A stretch of 64,000 bases of DNA from an uncultured Spirochaetota bacterium (GTDB taxonomy: Bacteria; Spirochaetota; Spirochaetia; SZUA-6; CAVTHK01). Under the pieces are notes generated by a model. That model did not search any database and was not told where the DNA came from. It saw only the letters and a list, made by a program, of their open reading frames with translations. This document shows positions 53,717-64,000 of the stretch, in pieces. Position numbers and translations under genes: made by a program. Location of the stretch: assembly GCA_963734495.1 (NCBI GenBank), contig CAVTHK010000009.1, positions 360,062 to 424,061 on the forward strand. Direction: 5' to 3'. How positions within the stretch are numbered: position 1 is the stretch's first letter; each line of letters begins with the position of its first letter.

Positions 53717-56700
53717 TTAGGGGCATTTATCCTGGTAGAGGTAAGTTTTACATTCAAAGGGGGTCAGGGTTCTTCCCACCCGGCGGACGGCTTCGGCTGC
53801 CATGTCCGAAATATTCGCATAGCCATACCATGTTCTGGCGGTTCCATCCCAACTGGTAGTCAGAATCCTGGAGCCATCTGGATTAAACTCGGCCGAATTC
53901 ACCCAGCTAATATGACCTTCCAATGCGGCGATAAAATCGCCGTTGGCATCCCACAGCCGGGCGGTCCCGTCCCAGCTGGAGGTCACAATCTGCTTTCCAT
54001 CCGGACTGTACTCTGCGCTGATCACCGGTCCGGTGTGGCCCTGGATCCTGGCCTTCAGGGTGCCGTCTACAAGATAAATATAGGCGCTGTTATCCCAACA
54101 TGATACCAGGATACGGGTGCCATCCGGGGAGAAGCTGGCCGAGCTGACCAATTCGGGCAGGGTCAGGGTGAGCGGCAGCGGAGTGCCATCGATTTTCCAC
54201 AGGCGGACTGTTTTATCATCCCCCGCGGTAATGATCGTTTTCCCATCCAGGCTGAAGCGGGCTGACGCCAGCGGACCCTGATGGCCTTTCAGGGTGGCGA
54301 TCAACTGACCATCGGTGCGCCACAGAATGGCAGTGCCATCTTTGCTGGCGGTGACGATCATAGATCCGTCCGGGGAATAATGGGCATCGACCAATCCGGC
54401 GGTATGGCCGTTCAATTCGGTTACGACTTCACCCAGCAGGTTGAAAACCAATCCCCGGGTCTTGGTCGTGGCGACCAGGATTTGTTTCCCATCCGGGCTG
54501 AAGGAGGCCCGGTTAATCGGTCCATTGGTATAAAACTCGAAGACCTTGACCCCGTCCTTGCGCCGGATGCGAATATTACCGTCCGTGCTGCCGGTGATGA
54601 ACCACCTGCCGTCCGGTGAAAAACTGCCCGTGATCGCGGCGCCAAAATGATCCTGGTAAACCTGGACCTGATGATCGGTCTGCCATAGACGAGCAGTAGT
54701 ATCTGACCCCGCGCTGACCAGCCAGGTTCCGTCCGGGCTGAAATTGACGCTGTAGACAAACCCGGCATGCCCGTGCAATATAGCCAGCGGCGTGCCATCG
54801 GATTGCCACAGGCGGACGGTATTGTCCAGGCTGGAGGTTGCGATCAATTCTCCATCCGGACTGAAGACCGCCATGTTGACCTGCTGGGTATGGCCTTTCA
54901 GATCTGCCAGCCATTTGCCATCCACCGACCAGATCTTGGCGGTATTATCGCTGGCGCCAGTGACCACCAGGGACCCATCCGGACTGAAAGAAGCAACATT
55001 CAGGGTTGACAGGTGCCCTTCCAGGGTTGCTAACAGCACACCGGCGGCCGACCAGATTTTTGCGGTGTCGTCCCAGCTGGCAGATACCAGCTTTTTTCCA
55101 TCCCGGCTGAATTGAACGGATACCACCCAGGAAGTATGGCCTTCCAGCGTTTTGATCAATTTCCCGGTCAAATCCCACAGCCGGACCGTTTGATCCGCAC
55201 CGGCAGTCGCGATCAGGCTGCCATCCGGGCTGAAGACCCCGGCCAGCACGGCGTCGGTATGGCCTTTCAGAAGGACCGGGTTGGCGCCGTTGCCATCCCA
55301 GATGCGGCCGGAGCCGTCTTTGGAAACCGTGAGGATATGGTTCCCGTCACTGCTGAAGACTGCCTGGCTGACGTCATCGCTGTGTCCCTCCAGAATTTGC
55401 AGCGGCTTTCCATCGGACTGCCACAGGCGCGCAGTCTGGTCCTGGCTGAAGGACAAAATTTTGGAACCGTCCGGGCTGAATATGGCGCCGTTGAGGGCTG
55501 CTTTGTGGCCGGAGAGAACGGCCAGCCTGCGGCCATCCAATCCCCAGACCATGGCCACGGCATCCTGACCGGAAGTGACGATTTTCTTCCCATCCGGGCT
55601 GAAACTGGCAGAATAGAGCGTGTCGGTGTGACCGCGCAGAGTGAGCGCATAATTGGCCGCACTTAAGGCTTGAAAGAGGGAAGTCTGGACTTCCGGGATC
55701 GATGCGCTGCCATAGATTTGCTCCAGCCTGATCCCTTCGGCTGCCAGTAGCAGCGATAGATCCTGATTCCGTTCCACCAGGCTGCGGGCTCGCGCCGCGA
55801 TTTCACGAATTTGCGAGGTGCGGCTCTGGTTAATGCGGTGATCTCGGCCGTCGCGCGGGTGTACGATTCCGCCACGGCCCGGGTACTGGCGATCTGCGCG
55901 GATTGGGCGCTGGAATTGGCCTGTTGGCTCGAGTTGAGCGCCATGATCCCGAACACAACCGCCGCCAGGGCCAGGGCCGCCGCGCCAAATAAAGCCAGGC
56001 GCAAGAAATATTCCCTGCGGCGCAACTGCCTGGCTGCCTGCTGTTGTTCTTCGGCCCGCTTGCTTTCTGCAGCCGCCAGCTTCTGGGCAGCCTCCAGTTC
56101 TCGCTGCTGTTGACTCTGTTTCTCGCTGACCTCGCGTTGTTCAAGTTCCAGGCTCGTCTCGAGAAAGCGGTGCTCCTGTTCATTCATCACCCCCGGACTG
56201 TTCTGCGCCCATTCTTTACCTTCCTGCAGGCGCAATCCGCGATAGAGCAGTCCTTCATCCTGGTTGAAGCGCTGCCACTCCTGGGCCGCGGCGGCCAGGC
56301 GATGGTGAATTTTCAAGGCAGAACGGTTATCTTCGATCCAGCCGTTCAGGCGGGGCCACTCACGGATCAAGGCCTCGTGGGCGACATCGACCGCCCCGCC
56401 TTCGATCGTCAGCAGGCGCGCCTCTGCCAGCAGATGGACCACTTTCTCAATCCCGCCGTGCTCATCTGTGCGGGTGATCAATTCATCCAGCGAAGAACGC
56501 CGGCGGGTGGCCTGGGCGCCTTCTTCCAGATTCGCCAGGCGCAGGAAGACCCCGCGGGCTAATTCTTGCTGCTGGCTCGACAGCCGCTGGCTGAAAACCA
56601 TCTCGGCTGTTTTGGCGATCGCTCCTTTAACCCCGCCTGACTCGGCATAACTTTCCAGGGTCATCGTGTGGCTGCTGCGATTGCGCCAGGTTTCCAATAA

Positions 56701-58555
56701 TGCGTGGGAGAGGAGCGGCAGGGTCCCGGGTTCCTGCCCCGCGTCTTGAATGATCAGATCGACCAGGCCCGGCTCGAATTTCCAGCCCAATTTGTGAGCG
56801 GGTTCCTCAATGGCCCGCCGGATTTCATCGCCGGTCATCGGCCCGATGTATTCCTGATACTGGGAAAGCGCCAGGCGCAGCTGTTCATAATCGGCGCAGC
56901 TCCCGTAAAAATCGGCGCGTAAAATGAGCAGCAAGACCAGGGTGCCTGTGACCGCCGGGTTCGCCGCATCCATCAGGCAGTTAATAAACGCGTTTCTTTC
57001 CTCCTGGTCCTGGCACTGGGTGAACATCTCCTCGAATTGATCGACGACCAGCAGGACGTGGTCGGCCTGGGCAGAGCGGGCTAGCTGGCGCAGCCTGAGA
57101 TCCAACCGGTGAGGATCCTGCCGCAGTTCGGAAACGAGATTTTCGGCAGAGCATCCCATCCTCAGGCGGGCATAGGACAGCCGCCAGGCTTTCCAGGGGA
57201 TGCGCGGATGGGGTGATGATGTGGGACAGGCCAGGCAGGGCTGTTTGCGGGACGGTACTCGACCTCACGCAAATCCTTTTTGCCCTTCAGGACGGGTATG
57301 ACCCCGGCCCGGACAATCGATGATTTCCCACTGCCCGAAGCGCCGATTACCGCCAGAAAGCGGGTGCCCTGCAGACGGGCGACCAGGCGCGCAATCCAGC
57401 GTTCGCGGCCAAAAAAGAGATCCGCGTCCTTCTCGCCAAAGTACTGTAGACCTTTATACGGGGTTTCGCCTGGCGCTGGCGGCCTGGGCATGGGGATGGT
57501 GCGCTGTTCGCTATCGATGGAGCACTGGTTCTCACCCAGATAGCGCAGCACTTTGTCGACTTTCTTTTCAATCCGGGCGGAAACTGCCACCAGGTCGTCC
57601 AGGCGGAAGATCACTTCACGATGCTGTGCGATTACTCGATCGGTTAAAACCTGGAAACTCTCGCCCATTTGTTTGGAAATGGCACCCGGTGGCGATCAGC
57701 ATTTCGGCCATCTGGTCTGCCCATTCGTCCATGACCAGATCCCGCGGTGGGAGAAGTGAGCGCGTTCAGCCGTTCCATGATTTCTGATTGGCCCGTTTGA
57801 ATACTGGTCAGCTCGCCCTGCATCGTTTCCAGGAGCAGGCGGTTGAAGGCTCGCCAGGCTGGCGTCCTTTTTTTCAGCAGCTCACCCAGATGGATCAAGG
57901 TGCGTTCATAGAGGTGCTTTTTCAGGTGAGAGGCAAGGTCTGGAAGCTCGCGGATCAAAGTCGGGAATCGATTAAGGACAGGCTGGATATTTTCAGCAAA
58001 GAATTGGCTGGCCAGATTTTCCGGGGTATCGCTTAACAAATACGTTTCCACGCTGGCAGATACCTGACTTTCGGGTGGATCGAGGGGGAAAAGGGCCTGG
58101 GCATTGATCGAGCTCTCGATCGCCTGCAGACACTCCTGTACTTGGAGCGCAAGCGGATCCTTGCGCTGCCAGAGCGTACGCCCAGGGGCGGTCATGGAAA
58201 AGATTACCTCGACCGGCACATCGCGTGGAGACATGGCTAATTGCGGAAAACATTCGACTACCGCCGATATCCAGAAGGCCTTCTTTGACCGCATCGCGCA
58301 AGGCTGTTTGCAAATCATGGTTGACGCGCTGTTTTTCTTCTGGTGACAGCCGGTTTTCGAGTTTGTGGCGCAGGCTGTCAATTGACATGCGCCCCAGGTT
58401 GGTAAAGACCTGGTTGGTGAAAAGTCATTGGTTCCGGGCAAGATCGATGCGATGATGCTGCCGAGAAAGGTTCCGATGATGGCGCCTGCCGGGCCTGCCA
58501 ACGCTGCGCCGGTGGTTGCTACCAACGATCGAGTCCATAATTTTATATCGGCCAT
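53717..58555 (-). CDS. Large STAND (nSTAND1-like) NTPase with TM helix and WD40 repeats, split by several frameshifts
   Basis: PYKGL..F...DA..FFGRE, GASGSGKSS, VVDQFEE.FT, LPLLSHAL, VAHEALIREWPRL; many GH...(A/V).FSPDG...D.T..LW repeats. Confidence 0.85.
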
Positions 58556-58578
58556 GGCTTTCTCCCCCGCGAGACGTT

Positions 58579-59870
58579 CTATGCCAAAAAAGAAACTACC
58601 TTTTCGAACCCTTCGATGGTCTCTTCGATATCCTGGTTGGTGCTCAACGGATTGATATTGAGATGAATGGTCCGTCCAAGCAAATCCAGGGTACGCGGGC
58701 AAATCATCGGGTGAAAAGCTGGGTATCTGCTGGACAGAGCGCCATGGACCTCCCTGATCGCTCCAGGAGCGGTGATTAACAATGGGCACCCAATGAGTGT
58801 AAATATGATAATCCACCTTATCCGGATGGTAGATGACCGAAGCAGCGATATTTTCCGCGTTCAAGGCCTCACTGAGCCGTTTGGCCTGGGCGCGGTCATT
58901 GGCAAACAAGATCAGGGCAATGGCATTATCGCCGGCTGGGTCGGGGATGCGCTGGAAAGCAATTCCTTTTGGCGCCAGGATGGGCGACAAGACCTTCAAC
59001 CAGCATCTGTTTCCTGGCTCGCAGGGCGTCTAGCAGTCCGTTCAAACGCTCCAATTGGACCAGGGCAACCGCAGCAGTGAGCTCCGACATACGATAATTG
59101 GCACCCCACAGGATTTCTTCCTCCGAGAAATGGTTACGCATACCGGCAACCGGATCGTGGGCCATAATTGCCCGTTTCCAAACCGTTTCCTGGTTGGTAA
59201 TCACCAGTCCGCCTTCACCGGAAGTTATGATTTTATTGAACTGCAAGCTGAAGCAGCCGACGTCGCCCAAAGTGCCTAATTTTGCACCTTTAAAAGAGCC
59301 ACCGTTTGCTTGAGCAACATCTTCCAGCACTTTCAACGAATGACGACGAGCGATTTCCAGGATGCGGTCCATTTGGGCAGGTATGCCGCGCATGTGGACA
59401 ACCAAAATGGCCCTGGTGCGAGGGGTGATCCGTTTTTCGACATCCTGGGGATCGAGGGTCAACGAATCATCAACCTCCGCGACCACGGGAACCGCTCCCA
59501 CCGTCAGGACCGCAGCCGCAGAGGCAATCCAGGTGTATGCCGGGACGATCACTTCGTCCCCAGGACCCACGCCAATGCCTAAGAGACCGCAAACAAGTGC
59601 GGCGGTACAGGAAGTAACCGCAAGGACGAAATTGGATCCGGTATATTTGGCGAAGGACTGTTCTAGCTGATCAACTTTCGAAGGTCCTGGATTGGGTCCG
59701 TAATAACGGAATAATCGTTGGGAGCGGATCACATCGATCACCGCCTTTTCTTCTTCGGATCCAATCAACATGCCACCAGGATAAATAACCGGGTCGATTT
59801 GGGGTTTAGCAGGTTTACCGCCATGCATGGCAAGGTCATTCTGGTTGTAAGGGGGAGTTTTCATATTCAT
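58579..59870 (-). CDS. DegT/DnrJ/EryC1/StrS aminotransferase, frameshifted
   Basis: GPGDEVIVP, EDVAQA.G, FSLQFNK...GEGG, NYRMSE. Confidence 0.9.
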
Positions 59871-60023
59871 CCTGGGTAAATGCAATTGGGGAAAAAGGCT
59901 GGAAAAGAATACTATTGATTATCCTATAATTGTATTGATTTTGGGAAAAATGGGTAGCGACAGCAACTACTGCGCATAGTCATAACCCCCTTACATTGCC
60001 ACAAATGTTATAATTAAAATTTA

Positions 60024-61516
60024 ATGAACCTAAAGGACAACATCTCAACACCTGCGCACCTCCGACCATCTTCTAAATGGTATATTATGGCCTCTGTCGC
60101 GATGGGCACCTTCCTGGCGACCATCGATGGCAGTATTGTCAATGTTGCCTTGCCTACCCTGGCAAGAGAGCTTAACGTTGAGTTTTCGGCGGTTGAATGG
60201 GTTGTGCTGGCTTATTTGCTGACTATAACTACCTTGATCTTAGGGGTAGGGCGGTTAGCAGACATGATTGGGAAGAAAAAAATATATGCTTCCGGTTTTG
60301 TGATTTTCACAGTGGGCTCAATGCTGTGCGGTTCATCCAATCAGATCGAAATGCTGATCGCTTTTCGAGTTTTACAAGGAATTCGGCGCAGCCATCATCA
60401 TGGCACTTGGGTTCTGCGATCGTGACCGAAGCTTTTCCACCTTCAGAACGCGGTAAAGCACTGGGTATCATGGGCAGCGTGGTATCGATCGGAGTAATTA
60501 TTGGACCGACCATCGGTGGAATCCTGTTGGAGGCTATATCCTGGCACTGGCTATTTTTTGTAAACGTCCCGATCGGAATCATCGGTGTGATTATGGTGAT
60601 GAGGTTCGTTCCAGCCATCCGTCCGCCAGGCGGAGAGCGCTTTGATTTCCTGGGCGCGGCTGTGCTTTTTGCCTGCCTGTTCTCGTTATTATTAGGATTA
60701 TCACTCAGCCAGGATTTGGGTTTTGGTCATCTCCAGGTAAGTGGACTGCTGGCATTATCCGCAGTATTTTTGGTTCTGTTCATTTTCCTGGAGCTGCGAA
60801 ATCACCAGCCGATGATCGAGCTGAGATTGTTTAAGAATGCGTTATTATCGGTCAATCTGGTTACCGGTTTCCTGGTTTTTATCGCTGGATGCCGGCACCA
60901 ATCTGATCCTGCCATTTTATCTGCAAACTATCCTTAATTTCTCTCCGCGCGATGCCGGGCTACTGTTGGGGGTCGTCCCATTGGTGGTGGGTGTGATTGC
61001 ACCTTTAGCAGGGCATATTTCCGACCGGATTGGTCCACGCCCATTGACTGCTATCGGGTTGGCGGTTCTTTCCATGGGATATTTGCTGGTCAGTACGCTT
61101 TCTACCGATACTCCGGCCTGGGGGTATGCGTTACGCTTCCTGCCGATCGGAGTGGGTCTGGGCTTGTTCCAGTCACCCAATAACAGCGCGGTGATGGGAA
61201 CAGCTCCCAAAAACCGCCTGGGGATTGTATCGGGACTGCTCTCGATTACCCGGACGCTGGGTCAAACCACCGGGATCGCCATCCTGGGTGCGGTTTGGGC
61301 CGGGCAGGTGGGAGTTTACGCTGGCTCCGCAATGATTAACGGGGATGCCACCCAGGCGCCGGTTGGCTGCCCAGGTCGCTGGGCTGCATGATACGATCCT
61401 CCTGGTGGTTGGGTTGATAACATTTGCTTTCTCTACTCAGTCTGTGGGCGCTCTACCAGGTTTCGGTTAAGAAAGCGCCGCCAGGTCTGAAGCAAATCCG
61501 GCGGCAAGGACATGAT
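60024..61516 (+). CDS. DHA2 (EmrB/QacA) MFS efflux transporter, frameshifted
   Basis: [41 protein letters not shown]; end approximate. Confidence 0.88.
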
Positions 61517-61529
61517 CAATAAAGAAACG

Positions 61530-63020
<1,491 letters not shown>

Positions 63021-63085
63021 TCTTACCTCTTCTGAGTTTTCAGGTGTTTTGTCTGGACAACTTAAAGATTGGCAAATCATACCAT

Positions 63086-63136
63086 AAAAAAATCAGGCAG
63101 GCTGTACAAAAAGTAGCGTTTTGCACAGCCTGCCTG
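63086..63136 (-). terminator. Intrinsic terminator after livF
   Basis: Stem CAGGCAGGCTGT/ACAGCCTGCCTG with a T run on the minus strand. Confidence 0.75.
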
Positions 63137-63154
63137 TGATTACCATCAGCGCGC

Positions 63155-63862
63155 TTACATTCCCAGGTATGCGACTTTCACCTGCGGATTGTCCGCGACT
63201 TCTTTGGCCGATCCGGAAAGGACGATGCGGCCGGTTTCCAATACATACGCCCGGTTTGCGATTGAGAGGGCCATCTGGGCGTTCTGTTCCACCAGCAAAA
63301 TGCTGGTACCCTGTTTGTTGATTTCTTTAATGATACGAAAGATTTCTTCCACCAGGATCGGGCTGAGTCCCATCGAAGGTTCGTCGAGCAGCAGCAGGTT
63401 GGGGCGGCTCATCAGCCCACGACCGGTCGCCAACATTTGCTGCTCACCGCCGGATAATGTGCCGCCCAGCTGGCTAATCCGTTCTTTCAACCGGGGAAAA
63501 CTGGCGAAAACCCTGTCCATCGAAGCTTTTATTTCGGCTGCATCGGTGCGGGTGTAGGCGCCCATTTCCAGGTTCTCGCGGACGGTCAGCGGGGCAAAGA
63601 TTTTGCGGCCTTCGGGAACGTGGCTGATCCCCAGAGAAACAATCTGTTCCGCCGGGGTCATCGTGATGTTATTACCCTTATAGGTGACGGTTCCTCTGCG
63701 CGGGCGCAGCAAACCCGAAACCGTGCGCAGGGTGGTCGATTTCCCGGCCCCATTGGCACCGATCAATGTCACAATTTCGCCCTCTTGAATGTTGAAGGTA
63801 ATCCCTTGCAAGGCGTGTATCGCACCATAATATACATTGAGGTCTTCAACTTCAAGCAGCAT
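63155..63862 (-). CDS. livF: Branched-chain amino acid ABC ATP-binding protein
   Basis: GANGAGKST, VPEGR, LSGGEQQML, LDEPSMGL, VEQN. Confidence 0.93.
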   Translation of the reverse strand: MLLEVEDLNVYYGAIHALQGITFNIQEGEIVTLIGANGAGKSTTLRTVSGLLRPRRGTVTYKGNNITMTPAEQIVSLGISHVPEGRKIFAPLTVRENLEMGAYTRTDAAEIKASMDRVFASFPRLKERISQLGGTLSGGEQQMLATGRGLMSRPNLLLLDEPSMGLSPILVEEIFRIIKEINKQGTSILLVEQNAQMALSIANRAYVLETGRIVLSGSAKEVADNPQVKVAYLGM

Positions 63863-63873
63863 TGGCGGCTCCC

Positions 63874-64000
63874 TTACCCAGATAGGCTTCGATCACGCGT
63901 TCATTTTGTTGAATTTCGGTGGGATTACCGCGTGCAATCACCTCACCGAAATCCATCACGGTAATATGTTCGCAGATACCCATCACCACCCGCATCTGAT
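63874..64000 (-). CDS. livG: Branched-chain amino acid ABC ATP-binding protein, C-terminal part
   Basis: VVMGICEHITVMDFGEVIARGNPTEIQQNERVIEAYLG, directly upstream of livF. Confidence 0.8.

Noticed and set aside
53717-55660. Periodic DNA repeats resembling an array
   Set aside because: These are WD40 coding repeats, not CRISPR; no constant repeat-spacer structure or cas genes in the window

Overview
The window appears to join two unrelated genomic segments at about 17.71 kb, where two genes are each cut off mid-domain. Segment A (1-~17.7 kb) is very GC-rich housekeeping DNA: ftsH, Thr/Ser dehydratase, Gfo/Idh/MocA oxidoreductase, an internally deleted Hsp20, a DnaJ-class chaperone, tyrS behind a Tyr/Phe leader-peptide attenuator, an aminotransferase, ald, an MFS-HEAT fusion, a Trx-CcdA fusion and YqgE. 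It ends in a lower-GC island (14.2-17.7 kb), the highlight of the window. The island encodes a bacterial ubiquitin-like protein-conjugation module: a DUF2188-like protein, a single Ubl ending ...ATGQS, and one ORF fusing a DUF6791-like N-domain, a ThiF/E1 domain and a DUF6527-like domain. This module is transcribed divergently from an Xre-HTH/ImmA-IrrE metallopeptidase and a PIN-like gene, and is probably a stress/phage-inducible defence system. Segment B (~17.7-64 kb) has moderate GC and Anaerolineae-like (Chloroflexota) metabolic genes with many single-base indels, most likely uncorrected long-read errors. It includes a nuoB-CD-I cluster with no membrane arm, 2-oxoacid oxidoreductase, pyk, rocD/argF, araB next to a lycopene-cyclase remnant, a large STAND-NTPase/WD40 (NLR-like) gene, guaB and livGF. 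Family names come from motif recognition, not database searches.
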